From: Marsupella aquatica | Lineage: Eukaryota > Plantae > Marchantiophyta | Direction: 5' to 3' | DNA: 64,000 bases | Assembly (NCBI GenBank): GCA_973895155.1 | Contig: OZ316898.1 | Location: 6,559,079 to 6,623,078, forward strand | Part shown: positions 1-18,851 of the stretch, piece by piece | Position numbering within the stretch: the stretch's first letter is position 1 | Layout of the letters: each line of letters begins with the position of its first letter | Notes under the pieces: generated by a model | The model's input: only the letters and a program-made list of their open reading frames with translations | Databases searched by the model: none | What the model was told of the DNA's origin: nothing | Made by a program: the position numbers and the translations under genes

Positions 1-372
1 CACTCGGGCCTCCTCCCCCCCGGGCCTCCCTCCACCCGGGCCGGCCTTCCTCCCTCCCCCCACCCGGGCCTCGTCCTCCTCCCCACCCGGTCTCCTCCCC
101 CCCCACCCGGGCCCCCCTCCACCAGGGCCGGGCCTCCTCCCTCCCCCGCCCCCCCCCCCACCCGGGCCCCCCTCCACCCGGGCCGGGCCTCCTCCCTCCC
201 CCCACCCGGGCCTTCCTTCACCCGGGCCGGGCCGGGATGTAAAGCCGGGGCGTAAAGCTGGGGCCGGGGCCGGGGCCGGGTGACAAGAGGTAGGGGGGGG
301 CCGGGCCGGGTCCGGGAAGAGGCCGGGAGGAGTTCGGGCCGGGCCGGGAGAAGTTCGGGCCGAGCCGGGGAA
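1..372. repeat. GC-rich low-complexity repeat (CCACCCGGGCC / GGCCGGG units), truncated by the window edge
   Basis: C-rich repeats of ccacccgggcc/cctcctcccc (1-235) are followed by complementary G-rich ggccggg repeats (~225-372). Confidence 0.7.
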
Positions 373-1519
373 TAATGACGAATATGCGTCAAATGAGAAC
401 ATTTCAGGCCGGCAAATGCCGAGTTTACGTGCCCGGCAACTCGGCAAGTTGCCCGTCACATCAAACCGGGAACGCAACCTTCTGTTAATTCCAGTTTTGC
501 CATGCCCGTTTATGTGACTCTGATCGAGATGGGACGATCGGTGCTGTCCTTGCAGTTTGGGGCTGGGTGGGGGCTGCTGCTGCACACCTCAAACCCACCA
601 GTTCTGGCTTGGGGGAGGCACCTTCTGGTGAGCCTGGAGCTCGGGTTTGAAATTGGCACAGGCTGGTGGGGGTCAAAAAAGATCAACGGCAAGCACCTCT
701 TGCTAAGGACATTGTCGTGCAAACATTCCCCTGGACGGTTGGGGATGCTCTTACTGTATATACAATCCAGCCCAAATCGGTCGAACAGTTAACAGAATCT
801 TTCTTGGGCTGTAGTATGCAATCCCACCCAAATTAGGCCATGATCGATCACATACAACCCAGGTTTTGGACCGAACTTACACTGATGTAAGGGCAGTCCC
901 AACAAGGCCAGGGCAGAAGGGAACCCTCCTTTGCTATTTTGATACAAAGCATCATTTGCACGTTTTGATTCCTCTTCCCATTTTCCCTGTCACCCTAGAC
1001 TCTCACGGGGGACACTTCAATTCATCAACCGTCTCCTCCGTCAACCCCCAGCCATTTTCGCCTCACATCCTTTCTACCTCTCTGTCCAGATGAACAGACA
1101 ACACCATTGTCTATCTAAAGCCCTTCCCTTGCTCGGGAAATGTTGGATTAAACTAATTGTTTTCCTGGCCAGTTGTGAATTTCGAATGCAGAAAACACTG
1201 TCCAGGCTGTGCTGGGGATTATGGAAAATACAGCAAACATACGAACAGCAAGTTCACACTGTCCTTTTAAGTCAAAGTAAACCTTGTTTCGACTCTTCTA
1301 CGCGCACCTCGCTGCTTTGCAAACAAATGTGCTTTGTACCTACCGGACCTAATGCTCTCTCACAGTCAGGTCATTATCGGGATAACTCAAGATGGGGGTC
1401 ATTGTAAGCCATGTCTTGATTAAAGAAAACCAGCTGCCTTTGATTGACATGATTTAGACTGACAGTGACAAGCAACAAGACCGCGAACTTTTGGAGTTGA
1501 ACTCAATCTTGTTGGATTG

Positions 1520-4500
1520 TCACTCACTTCTTTTGTCCACAAGTGCATACAGATCGCCTCTTCTTTGGCTGTCCAATGGCATGTTCAACCTGCAGATAGC
1601 ACAATGCATGGAAGGATTAGCTATTTTAGGCGCCAAACATCACCATTTAGCAAGACCGCGCGAGGACTACAGAATGACGACAAATCCTCCATAATTGAAA
1701 CTCCTATCGCGCATAAGCTCAGGATAAAGCAGGTCTACAAAGAAATTGCGTTTCTTCAACAGAAGACTTGCCTGCCATGGTTAGATATTTACGAAACAAA
1801 GTACAACCTTGTTGCTGAGCGCTTCAGGCAGGGAAGTTAATACAAACCTTCTTTTACTAATTTGCGAGTAATCAATCTCGCCAAATATGGTGGCTTCTTT
1901 GTCCTCTGTTGTTGCCACAATCTCTCCAAACTGTCAGCGAAACAAAAACTTAATTAAACCATGATGTTGATATTGTTGGTCGATTGACTCATCATGGTGG
2001 AATCAGAATGGGAAATAAACACAGAAGAGTCAAACTTGGATGGTCATTGTAAAAACGCCTCAACTCAGGTGCAACAATTGCTTCTCGCCAAAGGTATTTC
2101 TGAATTTTGCAGCTGAGCTTGATTCTACCTCTAAACCGTCTAGCAAGTGACCATCAAAGGAAAATTTGTTTCTTTACTCACGGGTCCAACAATAGTAGAG
2201 TGACCCCATGCAATGTAGCCAGCTGCATTATCCCGCGCAGGAGAACAAGTGACGACATACAGCTGTAACATCAACAGACATCAGTATGTGCCTTACTCCT
2301 ACTTCTTTCGTACAAAGGCGAGAAACCGTGGGGAACAACTGCAGCCAATAAATTCCAGGAGAGTTCACAATTCCTCATCTACAGAGTAAGAAAGCCACCC
2401 ACCTGATTATCCACAGCCCTGATCGATAGATGATAGACGCGTTTGATGAGGTCACAAATATACAGAACAATCGAAGTCATCAGTAAGCTCGCAGCTGACA
2501 ACGCTGAGGGTAAACTTATCAACATCCAGATTCTCACTATATTTTCTGTACAACTTCCTGAGATGACCGACATTGAAATGTACTACAAAATAGATTGCCA
2601 CAAGTAATATCTGATCCCGATTACTAAATTGTGAGGGGAAGGTTCACAGCACAGCATGATGATGACTATTTCCCGCACTGAAGCCCCTAAGACGGATCGG
2701 AAAATCTCAATAACCAAAAACATTTGACCAAAGAGCTTGATATCTTATACAACTTGAGGACAACTACCAATGAGTGCGAACCCCAAAAGGCTACCACAGC
2801 TTGGAAGTTCTTATACCGTGCTTTCTGCAGAAGCTCCCAATGAAGTGGCCCCGTGGTCATGTTGAAAGCTCCTGGGTAAGCTATCAAATGAACACCTGTG
2901 AAAGACCATTTCCAGTCATGAAACACAGAAAACTGGAGAACAAAACCTTATTGCACTTTCTCTTAAAACATCTCCATGTCCATTCATTTCCTCTTCTCGA
3001 AAACTTCAGGACTTTTCCAAATCCAAAACTATTGCATTTAAGTGTTATCCCAGCATCAACGGATGTACTTAGTGGCAACAAGATATGAACCTCGTGTAGC
3101 ATACAGCATGGCCATCTCGGAAAATCGGATGTCATAGCAGATACCAACACCGATCCGCCCAACATCTGCCACAGGCAACCATTGATAAGTCAATCTGTAA
3201 AAGGAAGCGCGAAGAGGGTGCCACAGCAACTTAATTTGCTTGCTGATTTCAATACCAGGATTGAACACATTAAAGGACAGTCATATGTCTACAGAAGGTG
3301 GTTTCTTCACATTATAAAGAGTATTACTCAACCATATGTTTTGTGTTGACTTGATATGCGTGGGTAGTGACATTTAAGAGTGAATGAGTCCTCTATACTC
3401 TGTTGTCTATTGCGCCTAAGTTGTCATCTTAAGAGCGTTCACGAGACGTCTCGAATGTATCGGCCCTGGTAAATGAGCGTCATCTACTCATATCACCAAG
3501 ACTGGGCAGAGTTTCCGTCACTTTGCCTAAGTAGCAGTTTTGAAGCACTTTGGATACCTGTCTCGACGACAGTCAAGCCTTCACCAGGAGAAAGTGTTGC
3601 TGATTCCTTAAACGTAATCTGCCCTGGAATATCAATATCGAACAGGTGCACCTGTTGAAATGCCAAGATGTCATGAGTAAGCTTTCAAGCTCCCAAGCAA
3701 GGAAGGCTTCACATCAGGCTAAAATATCTGAAAAATAGGAAAAACAGCAAGGTGCAAAGATACCTTTCTGTGCTTGCCTTTGAGCTCTCCATCCTTTCCA
3801 AAGATGTAACAGGTGTTGTACAACCGATCATTATTTCTTTCAGGGATTGATCCACCTATGATTGTTACTCCCTTCTTCTGTGCAACATCTGCTAGCATGG
3901 CAGAAGAAGGTCCAGCACTGCCCGCTCCATCACTTTCTTCCGCATATGTAGGAAAACTGTCATTTGAATATGGGCAGTTCCACATCTCCTACACAACCAC
4001 ATCTAAGATCGAGTTATTACATACTACAAGAGGGTCTCAAACGCCGATTTGGCTCACGCATATTTTTCCAGCCCTGCACACCATTTCTCACAATGCAAAC
4101 TCTGAAGAGGAGTTATTCAAACATGCTTCAGCAAGTGACGAATAAAATATCAACACGATAAGTAGGGAAGTAACGAGCTTTGACGCGAGAACATCTGCTA
4201 AGATTATGGTGCTCACCGGTAACACAATGAGTTGCGCACCGTTGTCCGCAGCTGATTCGATTACTTCCCTTGCATGTGCTATATTGGTTTCCTTGTCTGC
4301 CACCACAGAAAGCTGACAAACTGCAACTTTATACTGCACATATCAAAATCAAACCATCAGCTAATGCGCATCAACAATCTGGATGATCAAAAACTGATCC
4401 TATCGGACATGATTTAGACGGGGCAAGCGGGGAGGGCATGAGATAAGCCTTAGCTCTCATGACCCTACATATTTAACATCTGATACAACCCATTATCACC

Positions 4501-5617
4501 ATCACCTGTCATTTCCAATAGTCACCTCGTCATCACTCGTCCCCCTGTGATTACTAAATCTGAATATGCTCTCAACGTATAGAATTTGAATTGCACAGTC
4601 AGCTCCAAGGCGGCCATTGTCGCCAGATCGGAGCTACATTTGTCGGGCAGAATGTCGTAACATCTCCTCAATTTCGCTGAATTGAGCGAGAGAACAGCCA
4701 TATTTGTTGCCACCCGAGACCTCTCTAGACTTCGAGATATTGATGAAATAGAATTTGGGAATGGACTTTGCCTTACCTTATTTACGGAAAGGTCAAGAGC
4801 CTTTGGGCCTACCTATAGAGAATGCTACGTTGGAGAATTCCAACATAAACTAGGAATTAAGAGGGACACGAGAGTTTCATGCTTTTATGAGACAAGACAA
4901 TTACCAATTAACCTCGTCTCCCTAAATTATCCGATGATACCACATAGCGTTCTTTTAGAAAAGCTTTCTCGGATGGCTTTCCTAGATCAGATTCCTAACA
5001 TCTTACAGGCAGAATTGAGCATCAATGTTCATGCAGACAACATCAAGTAATCCTTGGAGCTCTATCTCCCAAAGTCCAAACGATCCCCTCTACAATACAT
5101 GAAAGCAGACCTACAGTTCTGGTCCCACAAAACCATCTGACCATCCGAAAATTTGTCACAGACGTTTATTACAATTTTCATTTCCACAATTCACCACCAA
5201 TGAGAACGATACTCCCTACGGAACTTCCTCCACCACGCCAAACAGCGATCAGATGACGGAACGAGGGGACGAGCTAACGAGCGAATGAGCAAATCCATCC
5301 AAAAAAAAGGTTCAGCGTGAGTTTATAGAGAGATCAAACATGACCTATTGGCCTACCTTTTCCACGCCATGCGGAGGAGGAGCCAGAGGCTGCGCCGGTG
5401 GAATCCTGGCCTGAGAGGCAGCGGCCATCGTGACCTTGGCGACGACGCTGCCCGACCTCCAGTGAGAAAGGGGCTCAGACCGGCGGAACGCGAAGCTCCG
5501 TTGGGAAAAAGGGCGAGGAGAACGAATTGGCGGTCGTCGGGATTGATCTACAAGGCTTCTCCGCACGCGTTTCTGCAATCCCTGGGTGACGCTTGAAGCT
5601 CGAATCAACAATCCCAT
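1520..5617 (-). CDS. NLP3: Nitrilase/carbon-nitrogen hydrolase family omega-amidase (NIT2/NLP3-like) with a probable plastid transit peptide; ~10 exons
   Basis: Approximate GT-AG exons: 5617-5357, 4333-4217 ([15 protein letters not shown]), 3988-3764 ([16 protein letters not shown]), 3651-3558 ([10 protein letters not shown]..), 3166-3090 (GICYDIRF), 2895-2817 ([21 protein letters not shown]), 2418-2403 (AVDNQ), 2263-2181 ([10 protein letters not shown]), 1931-1848, 1589-1520 ([11 protein letters not shown]). The Glu-Lys-Cys catalytic triad motifs are all present. Confidence 0.93.
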
Positions 5618-6129
5618 TCTCAAACTCGAAGCTCCCCCATGACTGCAGCAGTGCCAGCCTCTTCACTATCGGAGCTACTGACCTTCAGTGACATAGCTCA
5701 CGGGTGCTGTCATGCTGTGATCAGCTCAGCTCAGCTCAGCTCAGCTCCAGAGCTTTTACCGTAGTGCTTGAGGGCAGGGTACTTTAAGGTTTTTTTTATT
5801 TTAGCAAATGTGGCGAATGTCAGCCTTTCTCAAGGTTTAGAGGACATGCTAGGAATAGTTTTTATCTCTTGTTCCTTAATTATTTCTTGACCTTCAGATA
5901 TCCCTAGATTTAGAGTACATGCTGGGAATATTTTTTATATCTTTTTCCTGAGTTATTTCTTGACCTTCAGATATCCTTAGATTTACCCAATACAATCTAT
6001 GGGGTACATGATTTTGTGGGAAAGTGGCTAATGACAAACATAGAATCCACCCAGTTTTGCCAAAAGTGGCAACACATTTTAGGGAGGTGGGCTAATATTT
6101 GCACCTAAAAAATACTCTACTTCGGGGCA

Positions 6130-6851
6130 AGAAAGTGTATGTCCCTTGTTCTGCATTTGGTTTCCAAAGGTTTTGTGTAGGATAAGTCCTGTAGTCTTTA
6201 TGCTTGAGAGTACTCCTTTTCTACGTAAGGTTGTTAGACATTTACTTTGAGATCTAAAGTTACAACTATAACTATAGTTAGGGTTGACCTTAGTCATGAA
6301 CTAGGTTGCACACTATATCACAGACAATGTTTGCTTGGATTCTTGTAGAGGCTAGTTGAGAGATAGGGAGATCTTGTATTGCAAAGACTCAATATAGCGA
6401 CGGGCCTAGAGTGTAGTAAAGCTTTCGTGTGTTTGCATGGAAGGAGCCTCAGCAGAGATGAACCACATATCTATGTGTGTCAACTACTTGTGCGTTGAAT
6501 GTTCAAGGGCCTATCGTTGTGGATGTTATCTTTGCTCAACAAAAGGCAGGTAGGACGAGCCTTCACTCCCTTTCCTCCTCGTCACAGTTGCCGCACAAAG
6601 GCAGATCTGAATATAAGACATAGCCTGGACCACGTCTAATTGGTAGTCGCTCCCCTTGGAGAACTCACAACACCAACAGGTTAAATGGAGGAAGTCACTC
6701 ATTGTCTTTCTATGTCAACTCTCCTGGGATCTCAAGATTAGCCCACGGCCTTAGAATAGGCTTGAGTTCACCCACCATCCATTGTAATGTCGTCTCATTT
6801 TCCTGGCCGATTTGCTAGCGCTCAGCATCGACTGGTGGTTGGGTTACAACT
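6130..6851 (+). mobile_element. Degenerate LTR-like fragment
   Basis: Segment 6415-6495 (gtaaagctttcgtgtg..gaaccacatatctatgtgtgtcaactac) resembles 26196-26270 inside the LTR-like element at 24868-26696. Boundaries are not resolved. Confidence 0.35.
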
Positions 6852-6874
6852 ATGAGGAACAGTATTTTATTTTT

Positions 6875-6985
6875 ACAGGGGAATTTTGTGAAACCCCACG
6901 TAAAGGGAGGCAACAGAAGGCAGTTCCAACATTTGAACCCAAGACTTATGAGTCTCTACTCAAGTGAGCAACCACTCAGCCATGT
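6875..6985 (-). mobile_element. Short dispersed repeat, possibly a tRNA-derived SINE remnant (related pieces at ~7055-7085 and ~16720-16845)
   Basis: The copies share ttgtgaaa..catttgaa(c/t)ccaaga..ctcaagtgagc. The minus strand has a B-box-like GGTTCAAAT, and T-rich runs precede each copy on the + strand (a poly-A-like tail on -). Confidence 0.35.
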
Positions 6986-8436
6986 CTGCTTTGGCTATGA
7001 GGCACCGTACTTAAATAGTGTGCTTGAGTGTTGATTTTATTTTATTTTAGTTTAAGGGGAAATCTGTGAAATGCCACAAAAAGGGAAGAGTCAGCCACAA
7101 TAGTTGAATACTTGCAAGGAGTAAGTTGTGTTTGGAAATGAGCATTGTGTTCAGATACTGGCGTTATGATATGATTCATGAATTTTGTACCTTTTGTGCT
7201 TCATGCATAACACTTTAGGGGGTCAAAACTCAAACACAACGGTCTAGTGTTAAACAAACACTTTGTTCAAGTTATTATGTCTTTCTTGTCATGGACCCCC
7301 AAAAAAGTCATTTTCAGACAATGCCATGGTGCTATGTTTCTGGGAAAACCTGGCTTTGTGGAAATCAAGCCAGGAGCCCAAGGACAATGAGGTCTGATAA
7401 TTGACATGCCACCAAAGCCAAACTAAGTCTGGTTAAAGAACTTTATGGCGTTGGGGTTATCTATTATATGCTCAAGATTTGTTGAGGTGTGGAGGCTCAG
7501 AGGGAATGTTTGAAATATCCCAAACAATAGGGGGTGGGATGGCATGGGGTGGGGAGCAGTAGAAGCCCGAATCCTACACCATGCTAGGGGGTTTCATTTC
7601 CACAAAAATTACATATCACATGCAACGAAATATAGGGTCATTTTATTGTTGAGAAAAACAATAGGGTCTTTTAAATCAAATTTTGAGACTTATAAAAACA
7701 TTAAGGTACTTATAACCAATTTTTTAGAATATTCTAACAATATTTCAATTTTATAGAGGTTAATTGAGGCCTAAAAAGGTCACAGGTGATGGGGAGGCAT
7801 CCATATAATGGGACCCCCAAGACACCATGTAAGGCTCTACCTTTCATATCTGGGGCACTATACTCAGATGCCAATGTCCCAATATTCCAAGAAATAAGGG
7901 CAAGGGGGAAGAGGAGAGCAAAAACTGTAGAGCCCAAGTCCACCATGTAAGGCTCCCCTTTTCATATTTGTGGCTCTGAGCCTCCCACACGGGCTTTGGA
8001 GAGCCTTACATGGTAGAGCCCAAATCCACCATGGAGCCTCCCTTTGGGCTTTGGTGAACCCCCTTATGAGATGGGACACCGTGCAAAAGTTGGTGGACAC
8101 TAGAATCTTAAATTCAGATTCTTACTTGCCACAATGAAGACCACTACTACGGTTACATTTGTTGGGACAACTCGCTTGCCACAATGAAGACCATTACCAG
8201 GGTTACACTTGTTTGGACAACTCACATGCGACAGGGAAGCCAGATACCACTGGTACACTTGTTTGGACAACTAGTACACTTTTTGGGACAACTAAAGTAC
8301 AATAAACTGCACTTGTGTGGATAAGCACACCGTAAGTAGCATTCAGAAATGTAAAGCAACCAATCCCCTTAGGCCACACTTGTGGGGACAAATAATGTAG
8401 CAATCAAAAATGTAAATTGTAAGTGACATTCAGTAG

Positions 8437-8700
8437 TGTCTTCACCTTCAATGTGTGTGGGCATGCAATAGCAGAGAACATTGAATGGCAGGGCTCTGTG
8501 TATACAGGCAATGATGGTCAACAAGGCGGAAGACGTAGACTCTCTTGTCTTCACCTTCAATGTGTGTGGGCATGCAATAGCAGAGAACATTGAATGGCAG
8601 GGCTCTGTGTATACAGGCAATGATGGTCAACAAGGCGGAAGACGTAGACTCTCTTGTCTTCACCTTCTCTGTGTGGGGCATGCAATACTGAATGGCAGGA
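8437..8700. repeat. Tandem repeat, 109-bp unit, ~2.4 copies
   Basis: tgtcttcaccttc..gacgtagactctct starts at 8437, 8546 and 8655. The first two copies look identical. Confidence 0.9.
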
Positions 8701-10143
8701 CTCAAATCACGTGTCCAGAACTTGACTGTACCTCTGACTTGGCGGTCCCAGCTTACTCAAATGGCGTGTCAAGCAGGCAATGTACCGGGACGTTCACTAT
8801 ACACAATTCCAACAATTCCTAAATCAACCTGGAAAATTATAGCCAGAAAATGCTAGAAAAGCCGAGTCAAAACTGGTGAAGGCAGTTGTCTCCTTATTCT
8901 CCATTGAATTCTATGGCTCGTTCCAGTAGCGTCGGTTCTGAAGTCGAACTCCTCATGTCAATCAGACGATCCAAACAACTTCGTGAACAGGGCTGAGGCT
9001 TTCATTGACACCAAACTAGAAGATGACCTAAGACGGGCTTCCATCAGTGGGCGATTATGTGAACCATGTCACATATTTTCACTCGCCAGAGGTTTTCGAG
9101 GCACGCAACTACCGCTGGATGAAAATCATGCAAATGGGAAATATAGCTAGAGTCGATGCAATTATAAGATATTTGACCTGTGTACAATCAAATATCTAAC
9201 CTACCTTCGGTATAATTTAGATAGCCAATTCAAACTTCGCAAAATGTTACAGAAATCTTTTACCCAAAAATACCACCGGTCTTCAAGACAATACGTATGC
9301 AGTCGCATCCCGGTTAGGTGGGGGCTTTGCTTTTCACAACTTGTCAACAGAACAACAAAAGCAGAAGACAAGCAAACTCGGTGATGGAAAAATTTATATG
9401 GAAAGAAACAATTCAAAAGAATGAAGCTACATATGAATTAAGTTTAGAACTAGATCTCAGAGTGCTATGGTATTTGCAGCTTGCTGAATCAATTTGGCTC
9501 CACGAGCCCACTTTTCCTTCTTGACAACTACTTGATTGCCTAAAAAATTGCCTGCCTCCACATCCCTCCGACTCACAATGTAAGCTATAATATCGTCAGG
9601 GACCACAATAGTGCTCCAGACAGAAATAGACACTCATTGCTAGTAAATAATGTGATGTGGCCAGTATGGACTATACTACTCGGATGTCACAGTCAGAATT
9701 CATTTGAATTTTGGCTGCAGGTTACCAAATCCTGTTAGCTGATTTCCTAACCCATCTAATATCTCTCACTACATATTGTCAGGGTCGTCCACCCTCAATC
9801 GATCGTACAGTTGATGTAGGCAGGCAACTTGGCTCTAAAGGAAAGAACTCTTGTTGCGAGTCTCGGATTCCGATTGCGGTCTTGCAATTAATCTGGGAGT
9901 ATACATCATCATCATCAAGCTACGTTACATGCCATCCCCAAGTATGGAATGACCTTGGAGCACTTCTCGGACGCTAGGATTTCCGACGCCAGACCCAGCT
10001 TCATGGAAAAGCATTCTAATAAACCTACCCTGGAGTGAAATTTGGGACGGCACGTCTCTTTTCAAGTGGACCCACTCAACCGCATTTTCTCTCATGAGAC
10101 ATGATCTATATAATACAAATCCTTTTCTTAATGACTGCCTTCC

Positions 10144-14873
<4,730 letters not shown>

Positions 14874-14943
14874 TCACTTATTCTCTTCACACTGCAACAA
14901 CAATCAATCAAATCAATGATCGATCAAGATCACGCTTCATCGA

Positions 14944-14946
<3 letters not shown>

Positions 14947-14984
<38 letters not shown>
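14947..14984. repeat. (CT/GA)n microsatellite upstream of the PECT1 start codon
   Basis: About 19 perfect CT units ~120 bp upstream of the ATG on the minus strand. Confidence 0.9.
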
Positions 14985-14991
<7 letters not shown>

Positions 14992-16606
14992 AAAATGCAA
15001 CACACCAACCACTCCAACCGCCAGCGCACCAGGGAGCTTTTGATCGTCTCCTTCGCGCACACACGCAGACGAACCTCTGGGATTCGATCGCCGCAGCAGT
15101 GGCCTGCGGGCTTTCGTACGAGCTTGCTACAGTCCCCCGTTACACTGCACCATGCAGAAAGGGTGTCCGCCAATCCTTCTTCTTCTTGTTCCTTGCCTGC
15201 CCCGCGGAGAACGCAATACAAACCACACCGGTCCTCCACTCGAAGCGAACTTCCCGCACTTCAAATATGTGGATCTCAGGCAGAAGCGACCGGGAGTGCG
15301 CAAACCAGATCTGCACAGCGCACTGCCGACGGGCTCGCGTGCGACATCTGGTCGCAGTGATGCATCAGCCGCATTCAGTCGGGGGCCTGCTGAGGTCCAT
15401 CGATCGTCAGAGAGCCCGAGGTAAAATACGTAGCACTGAAATATACTAGATGGTGATATCAGCCCCTCGCCCTATGTGAGTGTGGTCCAAGAAGTCCTAA
15501 AAAACAAAGAAACAAAGAAACGCCTGAGTTTGCGCTCTTCGCACACCAATCAAATCCCAACAACGTCACCGTGTCATCACTCTCGCATTTACTGCTCGTC
15601 CGGCTCTTTAGAAACTTGCGAGTCCACCACCGACCGATTGCTTCCCGGCGGGCCCCAGGGTTTCTTCCACAAGTTCCAAAGTTCCGGGCCCCAGGGTTTC
15701 TTCCACAACTTCCAAAGTTCCCACCACGCAGCAATAATTCACAACTCGACCTCCCACCTCTTCTTCTGCTCTCCCTCTCTCCCGACACGACAAATTTCTC
15801 TCTCGTTCTCTGGTTTCTTACTTTCCTCCGCTCTGCAATGCAATTCCTCCTCCCTGGGATATCTGCGTGCCGGACGTTGCTTGCGGCTCAAACCTGCCGA
15901 CACACATATAATGTGAAAAACGCGCTATCCAGCAGCATTAGCACGTTGAATCGCCTGCGTACAGGAGGGCGCTGAGGTCACCATTGTGACGGTGAAACGA
16001 GCACCTAATAATCTACACATCACACAACTGTAGAAAGCTCCCTCTCCATGCTTTTTCTCTCCTTTTTTGTGGGGAAAAAGGACGGGATTGCAGACACGCA
16101 TACAATACGAAAAACGCGCTATCGAAGAGCAGCAGGGAGTTGAATGCAGTGCGTACTGGAGGGCACTGAGGTCATCATCAATGTCACGGTGAATGTCGAG
16201 TACCTAAAATTGAATAATGCAGAGGGGAGTAGAGAGCTTCCATTCTTCTTTTTCGAGGGAAACCTCGTCCGAAAGAGAAGGGAGTACAGGAGAGAGCTTA
16301 CTTGTTCTCGAAGCAGCAGCAGCTGTCTCGTAGTCCTCCTCTTTGTCCTTCGTTCCATAATTCATGTGATTAGGCAGTGATTAGATTATTAGAAGGACGT
16401 GTGGGAGTGTGGGACGGTGACACAGGACGGCATTGCATTATTACCTTAATTATGTGATTAGGACTTAGGAGGACGTGTGGGGACGGTGGCACAATTGCAC
16501 AATGGCAAAGGACGCCAATGCATTATTACCTGCACTGTACTACTACTAGCGTAACTTAAAGCACTTCGCTATTTTTCCATTTTATATTATATTTTCTCAT
16601 AATAAA

Positions 16607-16665
16607 CTCCCAGAATGCCCTGAAAAATATATATGAGTTTATATGTTTTCAGGGCATTCTAGGAG
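16607..16665. repeat. Short near-perfect inverted repeat (hairpin)
   Basis: ctcccagaatgccctgaaaa.. pairs with ..ttttcagggcattctaggag; arms ~20-25 bp with an AT-rich loop. Confidence 0.8.
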
Positions 16666-18851
16666 ATTTCGATCACCTAGGTGCAAACTTTTTTTTTAAA
16701 TTTCTTTTGTTTTTTAAAAAGGAAAAATTTGTGAAATCTCACCAAAAAGGAAAGGGAATAGTTAGTCAACATTTGAATCCTCCACTCAAGTGAAATATTT
16801 GAATCCAAGAATTATCACTCTCCCCTCAAGTGAGCTACCACCTTTGTGTACTTGTTTGAACATTGGCTAGGTGACTATTATTTTACTCTACAAACAAGCA
16901 CATGTCTAATTATGGGATGTTCTTGTTTGTAGCATGCTATGATGACTTGGCCTGTTGTGGAGTCTCGAATTTTGCAAGAGACCCCTCAGGGGATCCGTAA
17001 TTATACCAAAAAAAACATTTACTATTGTACATTATTACCTGTCTAACACTCCCCCTAGTGCATTAGGCCATGGGAAATGAAACATAATTTTTTTTAATTT
17101 CAACTTGAGAATCATTAACTTGCCTATGTATTAGGTAAATGATTTTTTTCCTGCATAAAATTGGCTGCCTAGGAATAAATTAATGCCCTTTCCAATTTTT
17201 TCATTTCCTAATCCTGAATGTTCATTGTTTGAATGTTAATGAAATGCAAACAAAAATTATCAGGCATGATCATCATTTGACACACATAGTATCTCATTTT
17301 TCTTTCCATGCACATAAATTTTGGTGGCCTCACAAGCGGGCCCACAAGTCAGTAAAAAATGTTTATTGAGACTTTTTTTATTAATATTAATGAAAATAAA
17401 AAATATCTTCGACGTCCAACTATATTAAGGTCCTGCCTGTGTGTTGCACAAAAGATGTCTAGGTGAGCAAAGATACCGAGGTGAGAAAAAGACGTTGATG
17501 AGAGAAATGATGTCGAGGAGAGAAAAAGATTTCAATGAGACCATGTTGAGGAGAGAAAATGATGTTGATGAGAGAAAAATATGTCAAAATGCCATGCCCA
17601 AAGTAAGTACTTGAGAGAAATTTTTGTTGAGAGAAAAAGATGTCAAAATGCCATGCCCAAAGTAAGTCCTTGAGAGAAATTTTTGTTGAGAGAAAAAGTT
17701 GTCATGCAAGGTGAAAATGTTTCAAAATGGAAGTGTTATTGGAGGGAAAGTGATGTTGTGGTTGTGGAAGATTGCAACTTAATAGTGTTGTCAATTAAAC
17801 AATTGCCAAGAAAAGAGTTGTTGAATGAGTGAAAATCTAGGTTAAGTAGAAGTGGTGTTGTGGTGTTGCACATAAGTGTTGTCATTTTGGAAGTTGTCAT
17901 TCAAGTGTTGCATTTGCTCCATCTTGTAGATATAGAAAGTAACAGATATACAGGTGGTGAGGGCAACAAGAATTTGGGTCTATGTAGAAAAATGATGGTG
18001 AGCATAGAAGTTGGTGAGTGGATTAAATAAAAACTTTGCCAAGACCTCTAGAATGGAAAGAAAAATGATTTAGTTGCCTTTTGTGGGGGTGGGCTTATCT
18101 TGGCAATGAAAGATTAAAAGATGTTTCTTGAAGAAAAGAGAAAACTAAAAACAAAACAACCCATCTCCTACCCCCATTGAATCTATTAATTGTTTTAGAC
18201 CTGTTTACCAATAGTATATGTCCAATGGTTGTTTTAAAGGTCAGGCTCCTTTCCCTCCCCGTGTGGGCTTGCTTTCTATCTGGTGTACTTGTTGCATGCA
18301 TGTCTCCGGGGACATGCAAGCATGAGCTCAATAAAGCTATTGTAGCCCCTTTCTGAGTGTACTTTGTTGTATCCCCATTTTCCCTACAATGTTGCAAACT
18401 AATTTTCAAGTGATCACTGATCACCAAAAACATTGTGATAAATTGGAAGGCTCAATACCATTCCCACTTAATTTTTCTCAATTTGTAAGCAGACAAAACC
18501 CTACCTTTTGGTGGGACAGCTTAATAGAGAGATAGATAAGTGATTTTGTGCAGAGGTGTTATTGAATAAGTGTTTTTAAGTGGTAACTCAATGAAAGTGA
18601 AAGTGAAAGTGATGTCATTTTTGAAAGTGCTTCAATATATGAATTCTTGGTGATAAAAAAATGTGGTAAGTGTTAGCAAAGAGAATCGGAAGGGACATAG
18701 ACGGTTTGTCGGGACAACCCGAATGCATGACAGTGTAAGACTAAACATCAATGACATTGAAAATGGATTACGGTATGTTATTGTCACCTGCTTCTCAAAC
18801 GACTAACACAACAAGCACCACATGGTTCCACTAAAAATTGTTTGTATCGTA

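Noticed and set aside
14916-15975. Several 100-177-aa ORFs upstream of PECT1
   Set aside because: GC-rich 5' leader/promoter DNA including a CT microsatellite; overlapping frames with no protein-like features.
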